Source: an uncultured Fidelibacterota bacterium (GTDB taxonomy: Bacteria > Fidelibacterota > Marinisomatia > Marinisomatales > UBA1611). Taken from it: a stretch of DNA of 23,259 nt. Shown here piece by piece: positions 1 through 8,417 of the stretch. Both the position numbers and the translations under genes were made by a program. The notes beneath the pieces were generated by a model. It made no database searches, had not been told where the DNA came from, and was given only the letters and a program-made list of their open reading frames with translations. The DNA lies in assembly GCA_913040915.1 (NCBI GenBank), contig CAJWHW010000030.1, positions 1 through 23,259 on the forward strand, written 5' to 3'. Numbering within the stretch: the first letter of the stretch is position 1; each line of letters opens with the position of its first letter.

Positions 1-386
1 TAAACTCGCTATTTTCTGATCTGGGCCAAGAATCCCTGAAATTAAAAGATAAGGAAAGGCCCAATAGGGTCCCAGCACCAGTAGAAAAGCCATGAGCCCT
101 CCACCTAGAGTCACTTTTTTTTCCCACTGCCTATCGGGGAAAGCAAAATGTTTCAGGATCCAGCAAAAGCCATACATTCCATGCAAAGCCAGATACACAT
201 GTGCTTCCGGAGAAAAATTCTGATAATGTTTCATTAGCAGAAGAACAAAAAAGAAGGTGCCTGTTTTCTGGAAATTGATTACCCAGGCGAGTTTTAATAT
301 TCGGGGGCCGCCTAAAAATCTTTCTGTTATATACTGAGAAAAACGAATCCAGTGAGCCCAGATTGGTTTATTGTTTTGTTGGTCAT
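1..386 (-). CDS. DUF1295 / steroid 5-alpha-reductase-like integral membrane protein (partial; continues past left edge)
   Basis: Absent from the ORF track; translated by hand from ATG at 386: MTNKTINQSGLTGFVFLSITERFLGGPRILKLAWVINFQKTGTFFFVLLLMKHYQNFSPEAHVYLALHGMYGFCWILKHFAFPDRQWEKKVTLGGGLMAFLLVLGPYWAFPY... The frame is open to the edge. The INFQK, YLALHGxYGxxWxLK and FPDxxWE motifs resemble DUF1295-type membrane proteins. Confidence 0.7.
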
Positions 387-473
387 TCATTTTAACATCC
401 TTTCTATCAGTGAAGACAGTTTAGAAAATAACCAGAAACAATCAAGACGGCCCTATTGACCAATTCGCTGCGC

Positions 474-1445
474 TTATGGTTTATTTTTGAGAATGGTTTC
501 TATCCGATCCATTATTGTAGTATCGAGAATATCTGTATGATTTACACTTTCCAGATTTTGTTTAAGCTGATCCGTTTTAGAAGCGCCGAGGATCACTGTG
601 CTGACATGTTTATTTTTAAGACACCAGCACAAAGCCAAGTTCACCAGCGGGATGCCAATTTCACCAGCCAGTTTTGATAATTGCTTTACTTTTTCATAGT
701 GCTGAATATAATCTTTAGATTCAAACATATTCTTGATAAACTGATGTTCATCTAGATTGGCCCGACTATCATCCGGCATACCATCCATATATTTTCCAGT
801 TAAAAATCCTGATGCTAGGGGACTCCAGATAGTGGTACCTAATTGTTCATTTTCGAAAAGCTCACTATATTCGCTTTCCATTTTCTTCCGGGCAAACATA
901 TTATATTCGGGTTGTTCCATGGAAGGAGGTGTAAGTCCAAGTTCTTTGGCTATCCTATATGCTTCTTTGATTTCTTCAGCAGACCATTCTGATGTTCCCC
1001 AATAGCAAATTTTTCCCTGTAATACCAGAGTATGCATGGCTCGGACGGTTTCTTCTATGGGGGTTTCAGGATCTGGGCGGTGACAAAAATAAAGATCCAG
1101 ATAATCAACCTGTAGTCTTTTCATTGCAGCATGGCAAGCATCAAGAATATGTTTATGGCTAAGCCCACGCTGTGTTGGTTTTTCACCTCCCCAAAATACT
1201 TTACTAGATACAATAAATGTATCCCTTTCCCAGCCCAGTTTTTTGATGGCTTCACCCATAATAATCTCTGATTCACCGGAAGCATAGACTTCTGCATTAT
1301 CAAAAAAATTAACACCATTATCGTAGGCAAGTTTCATCATCTCAGTTGCTGCATCCACACCAAGCTGAAAAGAGAATGTAACCCATGAACCATAAGATAG
1401 TTCACTGACTTTTAATCCTGTTTTTCCAAGTCTTCTGTATTTCAT
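474..1445 (-). CDS. Aldo/keto reductase, voltage-gated K+ channel beta-subunit-like subgroup
   Basis: 323 aa. MKYRRLGKTGLKVSEL start, FFDNAEVY (catalytic Asp/Tyr), SSKVFWG (Lys), LYFCHRPD, YWGTSEW, WSPLASGFLTGKY, VILGAS. Confidence 0.93.
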   Translation of the reverse strand: MKYRRLGKTGLKVSELSYGSWVTFSFQLGVDAATEMMKLAYDNGVNFFDNAEVYASGESEIIMGEAIKKLGWERDTFIVSSKVFWGGEKPTQRGLSHKHILDACHAAMKRLQVDYLDLYFCHRPDPETPIEETVRAMHTLVLQGKICYWGTSEWSAEEIKEAYRIAKELGLTPPSMEQPEYNMFARKKMESEYSELFENEQLGTTIWSPLASGFLTGKYMDGMPDDSRANLDEHQFIKNMFESKDYIQHYEKVKQLSKLAGEIGIPLVNLALCWCLKNKHVSTVILGASKTDQLKQNLESVNHTDILDTTIMDRIETILKNKP

Positions 1446-1506
1446 ATTATGTTTTTATACTCCATTTTATTGGTTGCAGTTAAAGAAAAGTATTTAAGTT
1501 TTAAGA

Positions 1507-3246
1507 TCAATTGGGAATTGATTCAAGGTTCTCACGTAAGTCTTTAGCTAATTCTACCTTTGTATAAGGTTGCGAATCAATGAAATCATCAATATTTTGA
1601 TTGTTCACGGCTCTGGCTTCTTTCAATTTTTCTTTTGCAAGTTCTGCACTTCCTTTTTTTGCATATGTTGCCGCAAGGTAAAATAATTGATTTTTCAAAA
1701 CTTTGATAGTCTTAAAACATGCTAGAGCCTGATCATAATCACCCAACCAATAATAACAGAAAGCTAACGGGCTGAATAATAGATCATGGGAAAAGGGATC
1801 TAAACGTTTTGCCCTTTCCAGTTCAGAAAATGCATCACCAAACTCACCGCAATAAATTAGGGCGAGAGCATATCTTGTAGTGATAAAAACATCACTGGGG
1901 CATAGATCCCTGGCTTTTTTCAAATGGTGTAAACCCATTTCATAATCTTTTTCAAAATAAAATTTTACAGCACCCATAATTCGATGAACTTCTGGTTCAT
2001 TAGGATCAAGTTCCATAGCCTTATTCAATGAGTTAAAACACTTTTCCATCAACTCATGTGACTCATCTTCCTTCCATTCCATCAAATTCCCTAGTGTACA
2101 GGCATGCCAGGCATGGGCACGTGCATAGTTCGGATCTGCTTCAATAGCTTTTTCAAAGAGTTCTGCTGCTAGTTCAGTATTTTCTTTAAACACATTACCC
2201 TTTTTTGCATATTCCAGACCCTGCAAAACAAGATCATAAGCCGTTTTATTTTCTGGACGTTTTGCGTTTAAAGCTTTTAAAGTGTCTTCTTCTACTCTAC
2301 CAACAGTAGTGGAAACGATCTCTTCCGCAATCTGATCCTGGATGTCAAATACTTCATCTACAGACAGATCATAATTATTGGACCAGATTGTATTCTCATT
2401 TTCTGAAGAAATTAGGCTCACATTAATCCGTATTTTAGGTCCAAGTTTTCTCACACTGCCGTTAATGATATACCGGACACCAAGTTCCTGGCCAATCTCC
2501 TTAAAACTTTTTGTTTTATCCTTGTAGGAAAAACTGGCATGACTAGAAATGACTACCAATTTGCTGTACCGGGATAGCATAGATAAAAGGTCTTCAGAAA
2601 ACCCTTCGCAAAAGTATTCCTGTTCTTCATCTTTACTGAGGTTTTTAAAGAACATAACTGCCACGGAACCAGGTTCCGTTTCTTTTACTTCCGTATGAAT
2701 ATTTTCAGAATCCTGCGTAAACCGCGCTATTCCTGTGTTTTCAATCACGTGAAACGCTTTAATTGGAAATTCAATGTTTTTTAAGGCTAACTCTCCAGCA
2801 TCTTCAAAAGAAACCAAGATTTTTCGGTTAATCATATCGAAAACTGTTTGCGACACACAAATTCCATCAGGACGTGCTTCTGCCTCCAGCCTAGCGGCAA
2901 CATTTACAGCATCACCGAATAGGTTATCATCTGACACCATAACATCACCGATATTGATCCCGACTCGAAAAGTCATTTGGTCTTTTTCATTCTTATCAAG
3001 GTTCATAGATTTCATTTTGTACTGGGTGGCCACAGCTGCTTCGGCTGCCTTTATAGGACTTGAAAATTCTGCAATAACACTGTCTCCAGCACTGCCAAAA
3101 ATGACACCGTTGTGTTCTGCAATGATTTTATCAATCTCGGTTCTGCGCTCTTTCAAAATGTTTAACGTATTTACTTCATCTTCACCCATCATCTTACTAA
3201 AGCCCACAACATCAGATGCAAAGATGGTTGCCAGTTTTCTTTCCAT
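1507..3246 (-). CDS. Class III adenylate/guanylate cyclase with TolB-N-like middle domain and C-terminal TPR repeats
   Basis: 579 aa. RKLATIFASDVVGFS, AGDSV, FRVGINIGDV and LFGDAVNVAARLE form the cyclase core. SVAVMFFKNLS..EQEYFCEGFSEDL...LGVRYIINGSVRK is the TolB-like domain. TPR-like helices include FEKAIEADPNYARAH, LNKAMELDPNEPEVH and LERAKRLDP. Confidence 0.92.
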   Translation of the reverse strand: MERKLATIFASDVVGFSKMMGEDEVNTLNILKERRTEIDKIIAEHNGVIFGSAGDSVIAEFSSPIKAAEAAVATQYKMKSMNLDKNEKDQMTFRVGINIGDVMVSDDNLFGDAVNVAARLEAEARPDGICVSQTVFDMINRKILVSFEDAGELALKNIEFPIKAFHVIENTGIARFTQDSENIHTEVKETEPGSVAVMFFKNLSKDEEQEYFCEGFSEDLLSMLSRYSKLVVISSHASFSYKDKTKSFKEIGQELGVRYIINGSVRKLGPKIRINVSLISSENENTIWSNNYDLSVDEVFDIQDQIAEEIVSTTVGRVEEDTLKALNAKRPENKTAYDLVLQGLEYAKKGNVFKENTELAAELFEKAIEADPNYARAHAWHACTLGNLMEWKEDESHELMEKCFNSLNKAMELDPNEPEVHRIMGAVKFYFEKDYEMGLHHLKKARDLCPSDVFITTRYALALIYCGEFGDAFSELERAKRLDPFSHDLLFSPLAFCYYWLGDYDQALACFKTIKVLKNQLFYLAATYAKKGSAELAKEKLKEARAVNNQNIDDFIDSQPYTKVELAKDLRENLESIPN

Positions 3247-3263
3247 ATTAACTCTAGTCCAAA

Positions 3264-3356
3264 TTAAATTGAATAAACCTTGGTTTTACCGCCGCGGCCT
3301 TTCAGATTGATTCCTCCTTGATATAATGCTTCTGTATATAAATCTTTTTTGGCGGG
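3264..3356 (-). pseudogene. Probable remnant of the 3' end of a class III nucleotidyl cyclase gene
   Basis: Startless 30-codon frame PAKKDLYTEALYQGGINLKGRGGKTKVYSI* resembles the terminal G-x-I-x-L-K-G-R...V-Y motif of class III cyclase domains. It is preceded by an in-frame TAA, and its stop lies 17 bp upstream of the intact cyclase ATG. Confidence 0.45.
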
Positions 3357-3464
3357 TTAATTGTTTATTATCCATTATAAAAATATACTTTTGTGTTAAT
3401 AGTTGATGTAAGACTGTTATGGGGTTTTATTATATATCCAAATATTACAAATCCCTTTACAGAT

Positions 3465-3490
3465 AAAAAACCCTACGGTTTCGGTTTTTC
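3465..3490 (-). terminator. Possible weak intrinsic terminator downstream of the cupin gene
   Basis: aaaaaccc-tacggtttc-ggttttt imperfect inverted repeat. On the minus strand it ends in a T run, about 45 bp past the cupin stop. Confidence 0.3.
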
Positions 3491-3536
3491 ATTAGCTTTT
3501 AGATACTGAAAGTAAAATGCGTAGCAAATTATGTTT

Positions 3537-4025
3537 TTAAATCTCTTCCAATTTGGAGATAAAATGTTCATACTCTTCACCTAGATGCACATAACACCTG
3601 ACCCAGGGATGCATAATGTTGTCCCCATCTCTCAAAAAGCGCCAGACATGTCCGGCCCCTTCCAGGTCTTCTGCCAATAAAATATCGCCTCTTTTAATTA
3701 TGGTCAGATGTTCTTCATCGAACTCGTCCACATCACAGCTTTTGAACTCTAAATAGCCATCTAGAGTAATTACCAGCTGACGCCTTGGAGCAGTATGGGC
3801 CAATTTGAGACCTTCGCCCTTATCTTGATCTGGAACCGGGGTGACGGCAAACTGCATTTTTACATCACCGGAATTATCATGAAGAATTGGATTGACGAAG
3901 AGGCTAGAAAACAGGCCCACAGAGCCCAATCCTGTTTTTTCCGCTAAAGGTAAAGCCATTTTCTTAAAACGGGTGTGCCCACTCTCATCTGTGTACATAC
4001 GAGTTACAATTATATTTGAATCCAT
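3537..4025 (-). CDS. Cupin-fold (RmlC-like) hypothetical protein
   Basis: 162 aa. RMYTDESGHTRF N-terminus, HTAPRRQLVITLDG.LEF and GDILLAEDLEGAGH are typical of a widespread small cupin family. Strong RBS upstream. Confidence 0.75.
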   Translation of the reverse strand: MDSNIIVTRMYTDESGHTRFKKMALPLAEKTGLGSVGLFSSLFVNPILHDNSGDVKMQFAVTPVPDQDKGEGLKLAHTAPRRQLVITLDGYLEFKSCDVDEFDEEHLTIIKRGDILLAEDLEGAGHVWRFLRDGDNIMHPWVRCYVHLGEEYEHFISKLEEI

Positions 4026-4032
4026 TTTTTGA

Positions 4033-4040
4033 TCCTTCCT
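4033..4040 (-). promoter_or_regulatory. Shine-Dalgarno site of the cupin gene
   Basis: AGGAAGGA on the minus strand, 7 nt before the ATG at 4025. Confidence 0.65.
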
Positions 4041-4250
4041 GAGATTAATAAATGAACGGATTGAGTCTACCTAATTCTATCAGAAAAGCTGACGGTTTTC
4101 ATCATGATATTGACCAGTATGAAAAATTGGAGTGTTTTTTATCATAGATGATCCCTTAGTGTATCTTCAAATGGAACCATCATTCTTCAAAGATAAAAAA
4201 CTAGGTAACAATAAATTGATGTTTAATATCATAATTTTATTTAAACAATA

Positions 4251-5807
4251 TCATCTGTCTTCTGATGAGCCATATCCCGTAAAAACTGCGCCTCCATCTA
4301 TTTTTCTCATATCCATGTTAGCACCTACAACTATTCCATTATTGAAATATTTAGAAAAACTAGAAGCACTGGCAGCATTCCATTCTACATTTCCATTTGC
4401 ATCGAGTTTTGTCACCGCATAAACAGAGGCCATAAAATATCCACCATCCTCTGTCTGGTGAAGCCAACCTCTTCCCGAAGTATAATCATCATATTTTTTT
4501 CTCCATTCTTCATTTCCTTCCGAATCAGTCTTAATTAACGTTGCGTATGGTGGGGGATCGGTATTACAAAACAAAAGATAACCATTATCAGATGTTAGAA
4601 TAAGATCATGTCCTCTGGTAGGTTTTGTGGAGTCTTCCTGCCATGTCCTCCTCCAAATTATATCTCCTTCACTTGATACTTTTTGTAGAAACAAGGGCCT
4701 ATTGCTAAAGCTTTCTGGATCATTCAACATTCCAATCATCACAAAATTATCCTCATCACTGATAATTGCTTTAGCATACCTTAAACCATCATATTCTTTT
4801 TCTTCAAGTATATCGCCTGTATAATAATCCAATAATAAAAACGTTGCAAATGTTCCGCCAATAACAGCGAGATCTCCATTTTCTGTTTCCAATATTTCAT
4901 TATGTCCACTCCATGAATATAAATCCGGCAGATTCTGGATCCAGATCACATTTCCAGTTGTATCCATCATCACAACATTCATCATATGATCCAAGCCAGG
5001 TATTATAACCACCAGATCACCCTGTGAAGTCTGAATGAGAGATTTACCTAAATCTGTGTAAGGCCAATGGGTTAAAGTGCTATTATCCTCATAATTGATC
5101 TGTTTACGCCACTGTTCCTGTCCTTGACTATTTAGCTTCACAATATCCCGCACGCCTGCTTTTTTAGTATAGCAGCAGCCACCCCAATTGACAGCGTTAA
5201 AAAGGCCAAAGGCCATATAACCGCCGTCATATAACGGCGTAACAGAAGTCCCTACTTCCCAGATGCCTTCATGCAAGTAGGTTTCCCATAATAAATCACC
5301 TTCATCACTGACGGCATAAACCATCATATCTACAATATTTTTTGTATTTTCGTATTTTTGATCACATAAAGGTGTAAAGGAGTATATATTGTTTTTCATT
5401 TTTTCCCAACTATACCCTACGCTATCATTGATCCCAACATAAGAAACTACGATTGAACTATCCGAGTCAATATAAACGAATCCATTGATTATTTCATTAT
5501 CATCATTATTTATAGATAAAATAGTATCCACAGCAGTCTCAATGAGTTCAAAAGATTCAACTGAATAGCAATTATTTGTATTATCACAAAGATCACCTAA
5601 ATAATCAAAAAATGAAATTCCATTTTCATCAATGGTTAAATATTGTATATCATAACCAGAACATTCCCTATCTTTGAACAAATAGGTACCAAAATAAGTT
5701 TCTAGTTCTATAACCGGAGCATTAACACTGATATTCTTCTCATCTTTGGAGCATGATAGGAAGACAATAAAGAATATTAGAAGTGAAACGGTTTTAGAAT
5801 AAATCAT
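4251..5807 (-). CDS. Lipoprotein with C-terminal beta-propeller repeats, function unknown
   Basis: 518 aa. Signal peptide with lipobox VFLS-C followed by SKDE. Six blade-like repeats: AVSDEGDLLW, KLNSQGQEQW, MMDTTGNVIW, KVSSEGDIIW, KTDSEGNEEW, KLDANGNVEW, with DGGY/DNGY turns. Confidence 0.8.
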   Translation of the reverse strand: MIYSKTVSLLIFFIVFLSCSKDEKNISVNAPVIELETYFGTYLFKDRECSGYDIQYLTIDENGISFFDYLGDLCDNTNNCYSVESFELIETAVDTILSINNDDNEIINGFVYIDSDSSIVVSYVGINDSVGYSWEKMKNNIYSFTPLCDQKYENTKNIVDMMVYAVSDEGDLLWETYLHEGIWEVGTSVTPLYDGGYMAFGLFNAVNWGGCCYTKKAGVRDIVKLNSQGQEQWRKQINYEDNSTLTHWPYTDLGKSLIQTSQGDLVVIIPGLDHMMNVVMMDTTGNVIWIQNLPDLYSWSGHNEILETENGDLAVIGGTFATFLLLDYYTGDILEEKEYDGLRYAKAIISDEDNFVMIGMLNDPESFSNRPLFLQKVSSEGDIIWRRTWQEDSTKPTRGHDLILTSDNGYLLFCNTDPPPYATLIKTDSEGNEEWRKKYDDYTSGRGWLHQTEDGGYFMASVYAVTKLDANGNVEWNAASASSFSKYFNNGIVVGANMDMRKIDGGAVFTGYGSSEDR

Positions 5808-5860
5808 AATGATATAATTAAAAATAGATAACTACGCATTCTAAAATCTACCCATCCTAA

Positions 5861-5892
5861 AACAAACAAAAAACCCCACGATCGTGGGGTTT
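5861..5892 (-). terminator. Intrinsic terminator of the cold-shock gene
   Basis: Perfect 22-bp palindrome aaaccccacgatcgtggggttt (5871-5892), followed on the minus strand by a T-rich tail, 20 bp after the csp stop. Confidence 0.85.
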
Positions 5893-5912
5893 AAAGATTT
5901 GTTAATTTCTAT

Positions 5913-6107
5913 TCATACGAGTGATATTTCTACTGCCTTTGGCCCTCTATCACCTTCTACAATTTTGAATTCAACTTTATCGCCTTCTTGGAGGTATACT
6001 TCATTGGATATACCTGAAGCATGAAAGAAATAATCTTTCCCGCTATCACCCGTTATAAATCCATAATTTTTTGCTTTATTGTAAAATTTTACTTTTCCAG
6101 TTTCCAT
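5913..6107 (-). CDS. cspA: Cold-shock domain protein (CspA family)
   Basis: 64 aa. TGKVKFYN, RNP1 KNYGFIT, RNP2 DYFFHAS, EGDKVEF, GDRGPKA. The symbol is family-level only. Confidence 0.93.
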   Translation of the reverse strand: METGKVKFYNKAKNYGFITGDSGKDYFFHASGISNEVYLQEGDKVEFKIVEGDRGPKAVEISLV

Positions 6108-6229
6108 AATATTTCCACTTAATAATTGTTACACTAATTTAGTTATGAATCCACAAACAAAAAATAGACAAGAGTAGGAATATTTATGAAAGGATATAAT
6201 ATAATTCTTCTAGATGTGCACTCTATTTA

Positions 6230-7474
6230 CTAGTAAGAGACTCCCTGCATCAATAACCCACAAATCCAAGCACTATAGGTACCTACAGCATAACCCATTA
6301 CAGCTAATAGAACTCCCACCGGGGCTAATGATGGATGAAATGCAGATGCTACAATAGGCGCTGATGCAGCTCCACCAACATTAGCCTGGCTGCCAACAGC
6401 GATAAAAAAGAAGGGTGCATGGATTAATTTTGCCACAATAATTAAAAGTATCGCATGAAAGAAGATCCAGATAAGCCCCACCAAAAACAGGCCTGGATTC
6501 TCAAAAATGGCTAGGATGTTCATCTTCATCCCAATGGTTGCCACAAGAATATATAGAAATAGACTCCCGTATCTGGATGCACCAACACCTTCCAGCTCTC
6601 GTACTTTTGTAAATGATAATCCCAGTGCAATGGTTGTGGCTAATACAATGAGCCAGAAGAATTTAGAAGTTAGACTGAATTTTGCCAATCCGGGAGCATT
6701 GCTACTAATCCATGGTGCAATTAAATCTGAGCCAATGTGAGCTGTAGCTGTAACACCGAAACCTACTGCCATGACTTTCATGACATCATTTAGATTCGGA
6801 ATTCGAAGAATCTGAGCCCGATAGGATTCTATCTTATCCTTTAACTGCGTAATTGCAGATGATTCTGCTTGAAAGTACACATCTATTCTTTCATGAATCC
6901 CAGCACCGTAAAGGAGAAATGCCATCCAGATATTTGCTACAATCACATCAACAGCAATCATGGCAGAAAACAGATCATCTCCCACGGTAAATATTTCTTT
7001 CATAGCAGCTTGGTTGGCACCGCCGCCAATCCAACTGCCTGCAACAGTGGTAAGCCCACGCCAGATCGCATCCGCTCCCACATCGCCAACAATATCTGGT
7101 GCGAAGAATGAAACGATTATAATTGCAAAGGGCCCACCTAATACCACCCCAATGGTACCGGTAAAAAACATGATTAATGCTTTAGATCCCAGTTTTTTAA
7201 TTTCTGGAAAATCAATGCTGATGGTTAGAAGTACCAGGCTGGTAGGCAATAGGTAGCGGGATGCTACAAAATAGAGCTTAGAATTCTCTCCTGATATGAT
7301 ACCTAGAGAATTAAAAACCGAAGGAATGAAATAACAAAGTAGCAGCGTTGGAATGAACGTATAAAATTTGGTCCAAAATGGACTTTCACTTTTAGCGGTA
7401 GTGAATACAAATGCCAGTGTGCCAATGAGAATTCCAAGAACAACTGCATCATTTGTAATGATTGGAGTTGGCAT
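6230..7474 (-). CDS. DUF819 (YjcL-like) multi-pass membrane protein, putative transporter
   Basis: 414 aa with many TM segments. ASRYLLP, AGSWIGGGANQAAM and GSQANVGGAASAP..A.AFHPSL.PVGVL motifs are characteristic of DUF819. Confidence 0.88.
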   Translation of the reverse strand: MPTPIITNDAVVLGILIGTLAFVFTTAKSESPFWTKFYTFIPTLLLCYFIPSVFNSLGIISGENSKLYFVASRYLLPTSLVLLTISIDFPEIKKLGSKALIMFFTGTIGVVLGGPFAIIIVSFFAPDIVGDVGADAIWRGLTTVAGSWIGGGANQAAMKEIFTVGDDLFSAMIAVDVIVANIWMAFLLYGAGIHERIDVYFQAESSAITQLKDKIESYRAQILRIPNLNDVMKVMAVGFGVTATAHIGSDLIAPWISSNAPGLAKFSLTSKFFWLIVLATTIALGLSFTKVRELEGVGASRYGSLFLYILVATIGMKMNILAIFENPGLFLVGLIWIFFHAILLIIVAKLIHAPFFFIAVGSQANVGGAASAPIVASAFHPSLAPVGVLLAVMGYAVGTYSAWICGLLMQGVSY

Positions 7475-7546
7475 CTATCGTGTTTTAACTCACTCTACTC
7501 TACATGTGGAGCTTATGTTCATTAAAAAAATTATAGGTAAATACAC

Positions 7547-8287
7547 TCATCTCCTGCCTTGGAGTTTTGCCAATAATCTAAGTATTTCTAAATATAGCCA
7601 GATTAGTGTCACTAATAGCCCAAAGGCACCATACCATTCCATATATTTTGGTGCGCCCATTTCTGTACCTTCTTCAATAAAATCAAAATCCAAAACTAGA
7701 TTCAAAGCAGCGATCACAACGACAAAAGCGCTGAAGGCAATACCCATGGGTGAACTACTGGTAATCATACCTATCCCAGACCCGAAGAAACTCATGATCC
7801 AGCTAATAAGATACATAATAGCGATACCACCAGTGGCCGCAAATACACCCAGTTTAAAATTCTCTGTCGCCTGGATCAAGCCAGATTTATAAGCCAAAAG
7901 TAGGGCTCCTAAAGTACCGAAAGTTAAAAATACCGCCTGTACAACAATTCCAGGGTATGCAGCATTAAACACCATCGAAATGACACCTAGTGCAATCCCT
8001 TCCACTACGGCATAGATGGGCACAAGTGTAGGGCTTTTCTCCGGTTTTAATACAATAAAAATTGCTAATCCAATGCCAACCAAAACTGCAGGCATAACCC
8101 AACCGTGCATAACGGGGTTCCCCCATGCATATCCCGCACTAATAATTGTTAGGATTAGGGCAATACCTGTTTTATTTACTGTCCCCTGTATAGTCATTCT
8201 CCCTTCTGTTGTTGCAGAAAGATGCTTTTTAAATGTGGATGATTGCAGAGCAGGATTACCTGAACGCATGGATAAATGATTACTCAT
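7547..8287 (-). CDS. Bax inhibitor-1/YccA family membrane protein
   Basis: 246 aa. MRSGNPAL, MTIQGTVNKT, YAVVEG.ALG.IS, IAALNLVLDFDFIE.G...GAPKYMEWYGAFGLLVTLIWLYLEILRLL. Confidence 0.93.
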   Translation of the reverse strand: MSNHLSMRSGNPALQSSTFKKHLSATTEGRMTIQGTVNKTGIALILTIISAGYAWGNPVMHGWVMPAVLVGIGLAIFIVLKPEKSPTLVPIYAVVEGIALGVISMVFNAAYPGIVVQAVFLTFGTLGALLLAYKSGLIQATENFKLGVFAATGGIAIMYLISWIMSFFGSGIGMITSSSPMGIAFSAFVVVIAALNLVLDFDFIEEGTEMGAPKYMEWYGAFGLLVTLIWLYLEILRLLAKLQGRR

Positions 8288-8414
8288 CGTCTTCTACCTT
8301 TTCGATTCTAATCCAGGGTTTACCCTTGGACTGGTTTTGGGTGATTAATTTTAAGATACTCACAATTGAAATGATAATAATGGGTATCCAAAGATATATT
8401 GCAGGATTTTCCAT
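8280..8414 (-). CDS. Small single-pass membrane protein (44 aa), not in the ORF track
   Basis: MENPAIYLWIPIIIISIVSILKLITQNQSKGKPWIRIEKVEDDE*. The ATG is 3 nt after the M48 stop, and the stop overlaps the YccA start (GATGAGTAA). It fills the gap exactly and has one hydrophobic helix. Confidence 0.7.
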   Translation of the reverse strand: MENPAIYLWIPIIIISIVSILKLITQNQSKGKPWIRIEKVEDDE

Positions 8415-8417
8415 GAA

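Noticed and set aside
1507..3246. Cyclase as a Pycsar/CBASS anti-phage system
   Set aside because: The architecture is the common cyclase-TolB-TPR signalling type, and there is no adjacent cNMP-binding TIR or transmembrane effector.
3286..3375. 29-aa Arg-rich minus-strand ORF (MDNKQLTRQKRFIYRSIISRRNQSERPRR) as a leader peptide
   Set aside because: No RBS or attenuator hairpin is evident, and the overlapping frame is better explained as a cyclase remnant. The nearby AAAAAAG run is not in the right frame for a -1 shift joining the two.
4026..4250. Small ORFs or ncRNA in the 225-bp spacer
   Set aside because: Minus-strand frames give only 13-21 aa peptides with no recognisable features, and no stable hairpin was noticed.
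3516..5840. 9-bp inverted repeat aatgcgtag (3516-3524) / ctacgcatt (5832-5840) flanking the cupin and lipoprotein genes
   Set aside because: Too short to exceed chance. No transposase, integrase, target duplication or attC-like structure is visible.
5871..5892. Perfect palindrome as a CRISPR repeat or operator
   Set aside because: It is a single copy with no spacers or cas genes. Its position after a stop codon with a T tail fits a terminator.
6108..6229. cspA-type thermosensor 5' UTR
   Set aside because: Plausible by position, but I cannot identify a structure or conserved motif in this AT-rich spacer.
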